Assembly (NCBI GenBank): GCA_023473585.1 | Contig: JAMCYU010000004.1 | Coordinates: 133,748-197,747, forward strand | Reading direction: 5' to 3' | DNA: 64,000 bases | From: Patescibacteria group bacterium | GTDB taxonomy: Bacteria; Patescibacteriota; Microgenomatia; JAMCYU01 | Shown: piece by piece, positions 39,741 through 49,264 of the stretch | Position numbering within the stretch: the first letter of the stretch is position 1 | How the letters are laid out: each line of letters starts with the position of its first letter | Made by a program: the position numbers and the translations under genes | The notes under the pieces: generated by a model | Database searches by the model: none | Seen by the model: only the letters and a program-made list of their open reading frames with translations | What the model was told of the DNA's origin: nothing

Positions 39741-40655
39741 ATGCAAAAAGGACCGACAACACCTAAAGGTTTCCGCGATATTGAGCCGAATTTAGCCAAA
39801 AAAAGACGCGAGGTTATGAATAAAATCGTCTCGGTTTTGGAAAATTACGGCTTTGTTCCCGTGGAAACACCGACTCTGGAATTTGCCGAAACTCTTTTGG
39901 GCAAATACGGCGAGGAGGAAAAATTAATTTATCAATTTACCGACCGCGGCAACCGGAAATTGGCCCTGCGCTATGATTTAACCGTCCCTTTGGCCAGGTT
40001 TGTGGCCAATAACCTGGGGCTTCTTAGTCCCTCTTTTTCCCGCTATCAGATCGGCCAGGTTTTTCGCGGCGAAAATCCGCAAAAAGGCCGTTTCCGCGAA
40101 TTCACCCAGTTTGATTTTGATACCGTCGGCAGCAATGATTTAACGGAAGATGCCAAAATCATCGCCGCCGCCATTGAAATCTCCCGAAAATTAGGTCTTC
40201 CCAAAGCGATTATGGCCGTAAACGACAGAAAGTTCTTCCAAGACGTTCCCGTTGAAGTTATCAGGGCCTGGGATAAATATTATAAAATCGGCCTTGATGG
40301 CGTTAAGGAAGAACTCAAAAGAAATGGATTAACGAATGAAGAAATCGAAAAAAATATTAATCTTCTTGATAAATCTGAAACTTCGGATTTTACCAACGTT
40401 TCGCAAATTCTTAAAACAGCGTGGAATCTTAAAGAAGGTCAGGACTTCTTTTTTGACAAATATTTAGCCAGAGGTTTGGATTATTATACCGGTTTGATTT
40501 TTGAACTTAAACCCAAAGATTTGCCCCAAGATTTATCCATCGGCGGCGGCGGCAGATATGATAACTTAATCGGGATGTTTGCCCAACGTCAGATTCCGGC
40601 CGTCGGTTTTTCTTTTGGTCTTGATCGCTTATTGGAAATATTATCTGCCTCATGA
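39741..40655 (+). CDS. hisS: Histidyl-tRNA synthetase-like class II catalytic core (no anticodon-binding domain)
   Basis: Motif 1 region, FRYQIGQVFRGENPQKGRFREFTQFDFD (motif 2 and His-binding), GGGGRYDNL and GFSFGLDRL (motif 3). The protein stops at 304 aa, right after motif 3. Confidence 0.7.
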   Translation: MQKGPTTPKGFRDIEPNLAKKRREVMNKIVSVLENYGFVPVETPTLEFAETLLGKYGEEEKLIYQFTDRGNRKLALRYDLTVPLARFVANNLGLLSPSFSRYQIGQVFRGENPQKGRFREFTQFDFDTVGSNDLTEDAKIIAAAIEISRKLGLPKAIMAVNDRKFFQDVPVEVIRAWDKYYKIGLDGVKEELKRNGLTNEEIEKNINLLDKSETSDFTNVSQILKTAWNLKEGQDFFFDKYLARGLDYYTGLIFELKPKDLPQDLSIGGGGRYDNLIGMFAQRQIPAVGFSFGLDRLLEILSAS

Positions 40656-41545
40656 GACTCAAAGCAACTTTAGCTTTAATTCTTGCCAACGTGATTTGGG
40701 GCGCGGCTTCTCCGATTTTTAAATGGAGTTTGGAAAATATTCCTCCCTTTACCCTGGCTTTCCTGCGCTTTAGCTTGGCCTCCTTTTTCCTTTTGCCTTT
40801 TATAGGCAAGGATCTTTTTCGTCTCAAACGCACGGACATGCCGCAAATTATTCTTTTTGCCCTCTCTGGTATCACCATTAATATCACCTTTTTCTTTTGG
40901 GGTTTGAAACTGGCGCCTTCTGTCAATGCCGCCTTTATCAGTACGACTCAACCTTTAATTCTTTTGCTCCTGGGAGCTTTTCTTTTGCAAGAGAAAGTCG
41001 AACCGCATGAGGTTTTCGGCACGATTGTTTCTCTAACCGGCGTCCTTTTAATCATTCTTATTCCCCTGATGACTTCCGGCCTTCAGGGCGAAACCGTTGT
41101 TTTGGGCAATCTGTTTTTTGTCCTGGCCACTCTTGGGGCTGTCGGCCAAGCCTATTTCGGTAAAAAACTTCTCGCCATCAACAAATCTTTACCAATCACT
41201 TTTTGGTCTTTTACCATCGGGGCCTTAACTTTTTTGCCTTTTTTCCTCTGGGAACAAACGACTAATCCCTCCTGGGTCATGGAATTAGGAACGCCGGGGA
41301 TCGTCGGTATTTTCTACGGCGCCATACTCTCCTCGGCTTTGGCCTATTCTTTTTATGATTGGGGGCTTTCCAAGATTGAGGCTTCAGAAACCGGCATTTT
41401 TTCTTATCTGATGCCGATTACCTCGGTTTTGGTGGCCATCCTCTTTTTTGGGGAAAAATTAAGTCGGCAATTTGGAATCGCCGCTTTTTTAATCATTTTG
41501 GGGATTACGGTTGCCCAAATCCGTCTTCACAAAAAGATAAATTAA
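40652..41545 (+). CDS. EamA/DMT-family transporter
   Basis: Ten TM helices in two EamA repeats. Confidence 0.75.
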   Translation: MRLKATLALILANVIWGAASPIFKWSLENIPPFTLAFLRFSLASFFLLPFIGKDLFRLKRTDMPQIILFALSGITINITFFFWGLKLAPSVNAAFISTTQPLILLLLGAFLLQEKVEPHEVFGTIVSLTGVLLIILIPLMTSGLQGETVVLGNLFFVLATLGAVGQAYFGKKLLAINKSLPITFWSFTIGALTFLPFFLWEQTTNPSWVMELGTPGIVGIFYGAILSSALAYSFYDWGLSKIEASETGIFSYLMPITSVLVAILFFGEKLSRQFGIAAFLIILGITVAQIRLHKKIN

Positions 41546-41563
41546 TGGTATAATAAGCGTCTT

Positions 41564-41869
41564 ATGAAAACGAATATTCATCCGCAATGGTACACGGAAG
41601 CCAAGGTCACTTGTGCCTGCGGCCATAGTTTTACCGTCGGCTCGACCAAGCCGGAAATCAGAGTCGAGATTTGTCATAAATGCCATCCGTTTTTTACCGG
41701 ACAATTAAAATACGTTGATACGGCCGGTCAGGTTGAAAAATTTCAAAAAAAGCAGGCGATCGGTTTGGCCAAGGCTCCTGATTTAGCTAAACTTAAAGCG
41801 AAGAAAAAAGGCATTGTTGAAGAAAAAGAGGCACCAAAAAGCCTCAGAGAAATGCTAATGGGAGAATAA
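41564..41869 (+). CDS. rpmE: 50S ribosomal protein L31 with C-terminal extension
   Basis: [28 protein letters not shown]...[10 protein letters not shown]. Confidence 0.85.
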   Translation: MKTNIHPQWYTEAKVTCACGHSFTVGSTKPEIRVEICHKCHPFFTGQLKYVDTAGQVEKFQKKQAIGLAKAPDLAKLKAKKKGIVEEKEAPKSLREMLMGE

Positions 41870-41877
41870 ACTTCGTT

Positions 41878-41972
41878 AATTAACCTAATTGACCTAATTA
41901 ACCTAATTTCTAAAAAATAACCCATTTAATAATTTTTTTAGGTCAATTAGAAATTAGAGCAATTAGAAATTT
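41878..41972. repeat. CTAATT-rich palindromic intergenic element, copy R1
   Basis: Tandem CCTAATTRA units with inverted repeat CTAATTGACCTAA...TTAGGTCAATTAG and AATTTCTAA/TTAGAAATT. Core TTGACCTAATTTCTAAA is shared with the copies at 58119 and 58993. Confidence 0.7.
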
Positions 41973-41974
41973 GT

Positions 41975-42652
41975 ATGTTGAATCCCAACACGGTTATTCT
42001 CGAAATTCGCGGCGCGGCCGGAGGCGATGAGGCCAAAATTTGGGCTGAAGATCTTTTACGCATGTATGGCCGCTTCGCCGTTAGCCAGGGCTGGAAAATT
42101 GAACCTTTAGGCGAAGGTACGGTGAAGATTGCTGGTGCTGGCGCTTTTGAAAAATTAAAAAACGAGGCCGGCGTGCACCGGGTCCAAAGAATTCCTCAAA
42201 CCGAACGCCGGGGCCGAATTCATACTTCGACCGCGACAGTCGCTGTTTTGCCAGAAATTCCCGAAACCCAGGTTTATATTAATCCCGCTGATTTGGAAAT
42301 GCAGGTTTATAGAAGCTCCTCACACGGGGGCCAAAACGTTCAAAAAGTTTCCTCCGCCGTCAGATTAATTCATAGGCCGACCGGTTTAGTCGTCTCCTGT
42401 CAAACCGAAAGAGACCAATGGCAAAACCGGCAAACGGCTCTTGGTATGCTTCGGGCTAAGCTCTGGGATTTGGAAGAAGAAAGAAAAAGACTACAATTGG
42501 CAGATTTGCGTCAGGTTATCGGCCGCGGCATGAGAGCGGAAAAAATTAAAACTTATAATTTTCCGCAGGATCGGTTAACCGATCATCGGCTTAATAAATC
42601 CTGGCGCCATTTAGAAAAAATCCTCGCCGGAGACCTTAACCAGGTTATTTAA
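41975..42652 (+). CDS. Class I peptide chain release factor, RF1-like, lacking N-terminal domain 1
   Basis: VILEIRGAAGGDEA, codon-recognition loop RVQRIPQTERRGRIHTS (PQT where canonical RF1 has PAT) and SSHGGQNVQKVSSAVRLIH (GGQ). Only 225 aa; domain 1 is absent. Confidence 0.75.
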   Translation: MLNPNTVILEIRGAAGGDEAKIWAEDLLRMYGRFAVSQGWKIEPLGEGTVKIAGAGAFEKLKNEAGVHRVQRIPQTERRGRIHTSTATVAVLPEIPETQVYINPADLEMQVYRSSSHGGQNVQKVSSAVRLIHRPTGLVVSCQTERDQWQNRQTALGMLRAKLWDLEEERKRLQLADLRQVIGRGMRAEKIKTYNFPQDRLTDHRLNKSWRHLEKILAGDLNQVI

Positions 42653-42686
42653 AATTGGTTATAACCACATTGTCTTGACTTTAATT

Positions 42687-43199
42687 TCATCTCCTTAAAG
42701 CTTCTATTAATTCGGCTTTTCTCTCATCAATCATCTTCCCGCCGGCTAAAAGAACAAAAGTTCTCAACCAGTTTAATTCAAAATCATCAAGCTTTTCGGC
42801 CATTCTTTGCGTACTGTGTCCCAACATGTGCGGCAAAGCCTTAAAACAGTCTTGCAGCTTATAACTTTCGCTCTCGACCCTGCGACCCGGAAGCGTTAAG
42901 CTCTTCCTCCTTAACTCGAGGCCGCTTTTAGCCAAGGCAACGAGTTTTTTTAAGGCTTCTTTATCTTTGTCGTCAAGAGGCTTAACTAAACAGCTAATTT
43001 CATGAACTAGCCCTGACGCGGTAAAGTCCCCGTAGTGTTTAGTTTCCTCCCTGTCCCATACGCTCCCTGTCTGCGGCAGTCCGTCCGGAGACTGCAAAAG
43101 GTCGGCCAGGATCAAAACCATTTTTTCAATTCTCAAAACTCCATAGAGATAATTTACTTCCCCGCTTCTGAAAAAACCGGTTTCAGGTTTTGACCCCAT
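42687..43199 (-). CDS. Hypothetical protein
   Basis: No confident motif; possibly a hydrolase-like helical protein. Confidence 0.35.
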   Translation of the reverse strand: MGSKPETGFFRSGEVNYLYGVLRIEKMVLILADLLQSPDGLPQTGSVWDREETKHYGDFTASGLVHEISCLVKPLDDKDKEALKKLVALAKSGLELRRKSLTLPGRRVESESYKLQDCFKALPHMLGHSTQRMAEKLDDFELNWLRTFVLLAGGKMIDERKAELIEALRR

Positions 43200-43212
43200 G
43201 TTAGTTTTTTCT

Positions 43213-43545
43213 TTATTGTCGGCTTTCCCAATAAAGACAAATCTTTTCTCCTTGAGGAGGAATGATGGTTATATTAACGCCAGCTTCTGGTTGAAGACAA
43301 AAAGGGGAATTGATTTTGCTGTTTTCCACCGAACCGTCTGATTTCCTTTTCTCTAAAGTAACCTCGCCAGGAAAACGAACCTGAAGGGTTCCGTTTTTTT
43401 GCGGAACAAACATTACCTCTGATTCTCGATAGGCAACAACGTCAGTAATTTCTTCTCTCAACGGCCTGCCCGAGGGATCACGGGTTGTTTCAATCCACGG
43501 CGGCATAAAACTTTCCTTTCTTTTTGGCAAAAAATAGCTGCCCAA
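43213..43545 (-). CDS. Hypothetical protein
   Basis: No recognisable motif; the start may be the internal Met (MPPWIETT). Confidence 0.3.
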   Translation of the reverse strand: MGSYFLPKRKESFMPPWIETTRDPSGRPLREEITDVVAYRESEVMFVPQKNGTLQVRFPGEVTLEKRKSDGSVENSKINSPFCLQPEAGVNITIIPPQGEKICLYWESRQ

Positions 43546-43596
43546 AAAGGCAGCTAGGCTTACAAAATAACACTAATAACTTAAAAAGTCAATTAA

Positions 43597-44784
43597 TTAC
43601 TGGCTGAACTCCTGCAGGGTCGTTTTTATTTTTATTTCCTTGCCGCCACGCCAGATCGTCAGTTCAATCGTTTCCCCGACTTTTTTAGAGGAGATAATTT
43701 TTGCCAAATCCTGATCCTCTTGGGCGACTTTTTGGCCGTCAATTTTGGTAATAATGTCCCCGGCTAAAACCTTGGCTTTTTCGGCCGGAGATAAGTTAAC
43801 GACTTCCTGAACATACGCTCCCTCGGGCACTTCGTTTAAAATGGCCAGGTCTTTGCCGATCATTTTATAGCGGATTCCCAAATAAGGCCTAGAAAATTTG
43901 CCGGTTTTATTAAAATTATCATAAGATTCTTTGATCAGGTTTATCGGAATGGCAAAACCGATATTTTGGCTTCCTTGCGCCACCGCGACATTAACGCCGA
44001 TGACCTGGCCGGCGGAATTTAAAAGCGGTCCCCCGGAATTACCAGGATTGATCGCGGCGTCGGTTTGAATCACGTTGTCCAAGCGTTCGACGTAGCCTTC
44101 AAACGGTGAACCGGCGGTAATCCCTCGGCCTAGTCCGGAAATGACACCGGTCGTAACCGTATTGCGAAATTCGCCTAAAGCCGTACCAATGGCGATGACG
44201 AACTGACCGACTTTAAGTTTTGAAGAATCACCAAACTCAACGGGTTTAAAAACTTGCCCCGATCCGCCAGCCGGCAAAGAAGAATCAATTTTTAAAATGG
44301 CCAAATCATTGACCGGATCACGATAAATCTGCTTAATTTCATAGGTTTTATCGTCTTTGGTAATCACTTTATATTTCGCTTCGGTATCAGAAACGACGTG
44401 TTTATTGGTCACAATCATCCCGTCCTTGGAAATAATAAAGCCGGTACCGATATCCTGCTCGATTTTTTTCTGTTGCGTTTGTGGCTGACTGAAAAAGGAA
44501 AAGGGGTCAAAAGGATCAATTTGTAAAGATTGACCCAGTCCTTTGGTTTTACTGATGACCACGGTGACCACCGACGGGGAAACTTTATCAACCACATCAA
44601 TAACGACCGACTCTTCTTTAACGACTTTGATGGTCTCTTCTTTGGGAAGTTCTGATTTAAACTTGCCTAAAAAATTGAAGCGGTTCCAGTTTAAACCCAA
44701 AAGTCCCGAAGAAATCCCCACGCCTAAAAGAACAATCAGAACAGCCAAAAGAGTTGTCGGTTTAAAACCTTTGAAAAGTTTCAT
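43597..44784 (-). CDS. HtrA/DegP-family serine protease with PDZ domain
   Basis: Catalytic His/Asp/Ser (GNSGGPLLN) with a PDZ domain and an N-terminal TM anchor. Confidence 0.9.
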   Translation of the reverse strand: MKLFKGFKPTTLLAVLIVLLGVGISSGLLGLNWNRFNFLGKFKSELPKEETIKVVKEESVVIDVVDKVSPSVVTVVISKTKGLGQSLQIDPFDPFSFFSQPQTQQKKIEQDIGTGFIISKDGMIVTNKHVVSDTEAKYKVITKDDKTYEIKQIYRDPVNDLAILKIDSSLPAGGSGQVFKPVEFGDSSKLKVGQFVIAIGTALGEFRNTVTTGVISGLGRGITAGSPFEGYVERLDNVIQTDAAINPGNSGGPLLNSAGQVIGVNVAVAQGSQNIGFAIPINLIKESYDNFNKTGKFSRPYLGIRYKMIGKDLAILNEVPEGAYVQEVVNLSPAEKAKVLAGDIITKIDGQKVAQEDQDLAKIISSKKVGETIELTIWRGGKEIKIKTTLQEFSQ

Positions 44785-46019
44785 TTTAATAAAAGTTCAA
44801 TGGCTTTCTTAAGTTGCGCGTCCTGATCGGGATTTTTTTCGTCCATGGCCACTTCAATATCGGGTTTGATACCGGAACCGTTTAGCCAACCGCCTTTGGG
44901 CAAAAGCCATTTGCCGGTCGTAATGTGCAAACCCGCTCCGGTTTCCAGATCCTGGGCTTCCTGAACCGTCCCTTTACCGAAAGAGGTTTCACCGACAATC
45001 TTCGCCCGATTATAGTCCTGCAGGGCTCCGGCGACAATTTCCGAGGCTGAAGCCGACCCTTTATTAATAAGAACAACCATGGGAATATTTAAAAGTTTGC
45101 CCGTTCTTTCCACTTGATAATTTTGTTTTGCTCCGCCGGCTTCTTCCTGTTGCACCACTAAGGAACCAACGGGCAAAAATTCGCTGGAGACAAAAACCGC
45201 CCCGGTTAAATAACCACCCGGGTTATTACGTAAATCTAAAACAAGACCCTTAATTTCTTTTTTTTCGTAAGAAGCTAAAATTTCGTTGATCATTTTAGCC
45301 CATTCCGCGTTCGTCTGGTCGCCGAATCTTGATAATTTAAGATGGGCGATTTGCCCGCCTTGACCGGCTTTTTTCTCCCATTCCACCGATTTCACCAAAA
45401 TCGTTTCCCGGGTAATCGCCAGATCTTGCGGTTTTTCCTCTCCTTCATGAACAATGGCTAAGGTGACTTTTGTGCCTTTTGGCCCTCTGATTTTAGAAAC
45501 CGCCTCGGGCAAAGTCCAGCCGGCCGTCTCCTGGCCTTCTATTTTAAAAATCCAATCTCCGGCTTTAATCCCGGCTTTTTCCGCCGGTGTTTCTTTTAAA
45601 GGAGCAATCACCACAATTTTTTTATCCTTAATCCCCAACTGGGCCCCAATGCCGTCAAATTGACCGCCTAAGTCCTCCTGGCTTTCTTTTTGCTGCTGGG
45701 GACTTAAGAAAACAGTGTAGGGATCACCTAAAGAAGCCACCATGCCAGAGATCGCTCCCCAGACCATTTTTTGCGGATTCAAAGCTTTTTTGTCGATATA
45801 TTTTTTTTCTAAACGCTGCCAAACATCCCAGAATAAGGAAAAATCAACGGAACTGGCGGCCGGCGGATTAAGGTTAGTCACGGAAACAGCGGGGCGAAAA
45901 TTGTTCCAGGTAAAGTTAACCTCGTTTTTCCCCAGATTATAACCAATGCCGCCGGAAATGAGGCAGAAACTTAAAATAAAAATAAAATTACGTATTTTGG
46001 TGAGTGGCATGATGACCAT
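44781..46019 (-). CDS. ctpA: Carboxyl-terminal processing protease (S41)
   Basis: PDZ domain plus GSASASEIVAGALQD around the catalytic Ser/Lys. Confidence 0.85.
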   Translation of the reverse strand: MVIMPLTKIRNFIFILSFCLISGGIGYNLGKNEVNFTWNNFRPAVSVTNLNPPAASSVDFSLFWDVWQRLEKKYIDKKALNPQKMVWGAISGMVASLGDPYTVFLSPQQQKESQEDLGGQFDGIGAQLGIKDKKIVVIAPLKETPAEKAGIKAGDWIFKIEGQETAGWTLPEAVSKIRGPKGTKVTLAIVHEGEEKPQDLAITRETILVKSVEWEKKAGQGGQIAHLKLSRFGDQTNAEWAKMINEILASYEKKEIKGLVLDLRNNPGGYLTGAVFVSSEFLPVGSLVVQQEEAGGAKQNYQVERTGKLLNIPMVVLINKGSASASEIVAGALQDYNRAKIVGETSFGKGTVQEAQDLETGAGLHITTGKWLLPKGGWLNGSGIKPDIEVAMDEKNPDQDAQLKKAIELLLK

Positions 46020-46029
46020 TGATAAGATT

Positions 46030-46419
46030 TTAATCGGGCGTTTGTTCTGCCAAAATAAGCTTTTTCTCTGCCGGATCTAAAACGGCTTTCTTCCCATCGA
46101 AGTCTTTTACTTCCGCAAGGGAAGATTCTTCGATAACCAAGAGAGGCAACTTAAAACAACATTCGTTGCCGATTTCCCAGGTTTTACCGTGTTCAATTTC
46201 CTCAAAAAGCTCTTCGGAAATATCGGCCGTAACGATACCGGCAACTTCCAAAGCGATGGCTTTGGCAAGAGCCGTTTTCCCGAATTTGCCACCGGCGATA
46301 ATTTTTCCATCAATTTTTCTCTCCAAATCCAAAAGATTTATTTCGCCATCGCCCAAAAAAACTAACTCCGCCGTAACCTTTTCGCCGGTAGCCTGAAGGC
46401 CCCCAATTGCATCTTTCAT
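46030..46419 (-). CDS. Hypothetical protein translationally coupled to rpsR
   Basis: Overlaps the rpsR stop by 4 nt; no confident family assignment. Confidence 0.35.
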   Translation of the reverse strand: MKDAIGGLQATGEKVTAELVFLGDGEINLLDLERKIDGKIIAGGKFGKTALAKAIALEVAGIVTADISEELFEEIEHGKTWEIGNECCFKLPLLVIEESSLAEVKDFDGKKAVLDPAEKKLILAEQTPD

Positions 46420-46670
46420 CTAACTTTAATCACAAAAGGCAACAAAGCTAAAGCTCTGGCTCTTTTGATGGCCAAACTTAATTTTCTTTGGTGATTGCGG
46501 CAAATACCTGTTCTCCCCCGACTGACAATTTTTCCCCTCTCACTTAAGTAACGGGATAAGAGTTCAATGTCTTTATAATCCGGTTCTCTTTTGTCAGTAC
46601 AGAAAAAACACGGCTTTAGTCTAAAGCTTTGGGGACGACGAGAACTGGTTCCTGTTCGTTTTTTAAACAT
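46416..46670 (-). CDS. rpsR: 30S ribosomal protein S18
   Basis: CFFCTDK...[18 protein letters not shown]...[17 protein letters not shown]. Confidence 0.9.
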   Translation of the reverse strand: MFKKRTGTSSRRPQSFRLKPCFFCTDKREPDYKDIELLSRYLSERGKIVSRGRTGICRNHQRKLSLAIKRARALALLPFVIKVR

Positions 46671-46673
46671 AAA

Positions 46674-47213
46674 TTAAAAAGGAATATCGTCAGGATTGAT
46701 TTCCTGATTCTCCTGGCTTTCCTCCGTCACTTCCGTTGCCGGTGCTTCTTCTTTCTTTTTCTTTTTTTTGTCCGATTCCTCCGCTTCCGCAGTCGCTGGT
46801 TGAGCGGTCTCAATAACCGGTTCTTTTGTATTTACCGGGACTGCGGTGGTTCCGGCCGGGACTTCTTCTCCCAAGCGACGGCTATCCAAAATAATCATAT
46901 CGTCAATGACAATTTCGGTAGCGGTTTTCTGTTGCCCATCGGGAGCCTGCCAGCTTCGTGTTTGCAGTCTTCCTTCAACAAAAACTTTTCGGCCTTTGGT
47001 CAAAAGTTGGCTGCAGAGTTCCGCCAGTTTATTCCAGGCGACAATGCGATGGAATTCGGCTTCCTCACGTTTCTCGCCGCTTTCCGTTGTCCATTGGCGA
47101 TTCGTAGCCAAACCGAAAGAGCAGACAGCTGTTCCCTGAGGCGTATAACGGAGTTCCGGATCCCTGGTTAAATTACCGATAAGTAAAACCTTGTTTAAAG
47201 ATCGCGCTGACAT
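46674..47213 (-). CDS. ssb: Single-stranded DNA-binding protein
   Basis: OB fold LNKVLLIGNLTRDPELRYT, an acidic tail and terminal DDIPF. Confidence 0.9.
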   Translation of the reverse strand: MSARSLNKVLLIGNLTRDPELRYTPQGTAVCSFGLATNRQWTTESGEKREEAEFHRIVAWNKLAELCSQLLTKGRKVFVEGRLQTRSWQAPDGQQKTATEIVIDDMIILDSRRLGEEVPAGTTAVPVNTKEPVIETAQPATAEAEESDKKKKKKEEAPATEVTEESQENQEINPDDIPF

Positions 47214-47219
47214 AAATTT

Positions 47220-47525
47220 TTACTCCTTTCTGACCAAAAGATGGCGTAAAACGTCTTCTTCGACTTTGATTTTATTTTCTAATAATTTCGCTTCGTTACC
47301 TTCTAGTTCCAAAAAAAGGGTGAAGAAAAAACCTTCTTTTTCTCTCTGGCCGTGACGAGCGGCAGGTAAAACCGGATAGGCTAACTCACGCTTCCCCCAC
47401 TCTTTGATTTCCCCGATTTTACCATTGGCATCCGTGACCAGTTTTTTGACTTTCGCCAGAATTTTATCCTGATCCTCTTTAGGTAAATTGGCGCTTAAAA
47501 CAAAAGTTAATTCGTAATTACGCAT
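47220..47525 (-). CDS. rpsF: 30S ribosomal protein S6
   Basis: MRNYELTFVLSANL...KEWGKRELAYPV; start at the Met at 47525. Confidence 0.85.
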   Translation of the reverse strand: MRNYELTFVLSANLPKEDQDKILAKVKKLVTDANGKIGEIKEWGKRELAYPVLPAARHGQREKEGFFFTLFLELEGNEAKLLENKIKVEEDVLRHLLVRKE

Positions 47526-47583
47526 GGAGCTAATAATATCAAAATAAGGGTGACTTGGCAAGAGGAAAGTTTAACTCCCGACT

Positions 47584-48687
47584 TTAAACCCCCACCCTAA
47601 ACTCTACTACCTCACCATCTTTAATAAGATAATCTTTCCCTTCACTTCTCACTTTTCCCTGCGTCCGACAGTTAGCCCAGCCGTTATATTGCACAAAATC
47701 TTCGAAAGAACAAATATCGGCCTTAATAAAAGCTTTTTCAAAGTCCGTGTGGATAACACCGGCGGCTTGCCTGGCCGTCATGCCTTTTTCAATCGTCCAA
47801 GCCCGAACTTCCCCATGTTCTTCCGAAGCTTTAGCGGAGGAGGATTTTTCTCCGGCGGTTAAAAAAGAAATCAAACCCAAAGTATCATAAGCGAGTTTAA
47901 TTAAACGATCTAATCCAGCTTCCGTTAAATTATATTGGCTCAAATATTCTTTTTGTTCTTCAGGATTTAAAGAAACCAAATCCGCTTCCATTTTCGCCGA
48001 TAAAGGGATAATGGGCTTATGGGGAAAACCAGTCAATAAGTCTTGATTGTCAATTTGATCTTCGGCGACATTGGCCACATAAATCATGGGTTTGCCGGTC
48101 AAAAGACATAATTTCTTAATCATTTCTCTTTGTTTATCATCCAAATTCACCTCGCGCGCCAGTTTACCCATATTCATTTCCGCTTTTAATTTTTGGATAG
48201 CTTCCCAAAAAGCCGTCGTTTCTTTATTAATTTCCATACCTTTGGGTTCTTTCTGTTTTTCAAAAGTTTGTAAATCAGCTAAAATCAATTCGCTGTTCAC
48301 CACCTCGGCATCCGAGGCTGGATCAACCTTGTTTCCAACGCGAATCACGTTCGGATCGCTAAAAAAACGGACAACATGGCAAATGACCGAAACTTCCCGG
48401 ATATTAGCTAAGAACTGATTACCCAAGCCTTCACCTTTTGATGCACCCTTAACCAAACCGGCAATATCATAAAATTCGACAATCGCCGGAATAATTTGTT
48501 GAGTATTCAAGATTTTGGCCAGTACTGGCAAACGGCCATCCGGCACTTCAACCACGCCCTTATTGGGCTCAATCGTGCAAAAAGGATAATTGGCGACATT
48601 CGCCACCTGCTTTTTCAAAAGCGCGTTAAAAAGCGTGGATTTACCCACATTAGGTAACCCAACAATCCCGACAGAAAGAGATGACAT
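47584..48687 (-). CDS. ychF: Ribosome-binding ATPase YchF
   Basis: GIVGLPNVGKSTLFNAL, the G4 motif and a C-terminal TGS domain. Confidence 0.9.
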   Translation of the reverse strand: MSSLSVGIVGLPNVGKSTLFNALLKKQVANVANYPFCTIEPNKGVVEVPDGRLPVLAKILNTQQIIPAIVEFYDIAGLVKGASKGEGLGNQFLANIREVSVICHVVRFFSDPNVIRVGNKVDPASDAEVVNSELILADLQTFEKQKEPKGMEINKETTAFWEAIQKLKAEMNMGKLAREVNLDDKQREMIKKLCLLTGKPMIYVANVAEDQIDNQDLLTGFPHKPIIPLSAKMEADLVSLNPEEQKEYLSQYNLTEAGLDRLIKLAYDTLGLISFLTAGEKSSSAKASEEHGEVRAWTIEKGMTARQAAGVIHTDFEKAFIKADICSFEDFVQYNGWANCRTQGKVRSEGKDYLIKDGEVVEFRVGV

Positions 48688-49256
48688 ATGGAGATAATTT
48701 TACCACAAATGAGAATTGATATAGTCTGACATATTGATTCCCGGAATCGGAGACTACATTTTTTCCATTTTCCCAAATGAATTCTTTTAGAGTCAAAGTC
48801 GTTAATATTGTGCGGTTCTTTTTTGGTTTTGGCAAAACCAACGGGAATCAAGTTAATGGCTAAAAAATTTTCCGGCATGCCCAGTATTTTTTTCACCTGG
48901 TCTCTTTTATCTTCAGGGATATTTTTCCAAACCGAACCCAAACCTAAGGCTTCGGCTTGAAGAAAAATATTTTCGGAGGCGACAGAAAGATCCTGCACCG
49001 GACAAATGGTCTTCTGGATATCAATAACCGGTATAATTAGAAGCGGCGCCTTGTCAATAAATCCCTTGCCAATTGAAGAATAAAGTTGTTCTTTAATTTT
49101 TTGATCTTTAATGACGATAAACTCTATAGACTTATTATTTAAAGCCGAGGGCGCAAAATAAGCCGCCCGAAGAAGATCGAGAATATCTTCTTCGGGAACC
49201 GGTTTAACTTTATAGTCTCTGATTGATCGTCTTTTTAAAATTTGTTTAAGAATCAT
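48615..49256 (-). CDS. Nitroreductase-family protein
   Basis: RRSIRDY... is the FMN-binding nitroreductase fold. The last ~24 codons overlap the ychF start by 72 nt, so the extension may be read-through. Confidence 0.7.
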   Translation of the reverse strand: MILKQILKRRSIRDYKVKPVPEEDILDLLRAAYFAPSALNNKSIEFIVIKDQKIKEQLYSSIGKGFIDKAPLLIIPVIDIQKTICPVQDLSVASENIFLQAEALGLGSVWKNIPEDKRDQVKKILGMPENFLAINLIPVGFAKTKKEPHNINDFDSKRIHLGKWKKCSLRFRESICQTISILICGKIISICHLFLSGLLGYLMWVNPRFLTRF

Positions 49257-49264
49257 ATGTGTCT

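Noticed and set aside
46030-46419. Possible ribosomal protein L9 downstream of rpsR, by analogy to rpsF-priB-rpsR-rplI.
   Set aside because: The N-terminal L9 motif (MQVILL.DV..LG..GD.V.VK.GYARNFL) is absent and the domain order does not fit. The protein is left as hypothetical.
46629-47171. 180-aa plus-strand ORF rich in Phe/Arg/Cys.
   Set aside because: It is antisense to ssb and rpsR. Its low-complexity translation (FLFLFFVRFLRFRSR) is typical of a shadow frame.
48615-48687. 72-nt overlap between the nitroreductase 3-prime end and the ychF start (similar overlaps occur at ahcY/kinase 56569-56620 and ybeY/yqeY 61215-61264).
   Set aside because: This is probably genuine short overlaps or read-through tails typical of compact genomes. 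A frameshift cannot be demonstrated from the sequence alone, so it is noted but not called a pseudogene.
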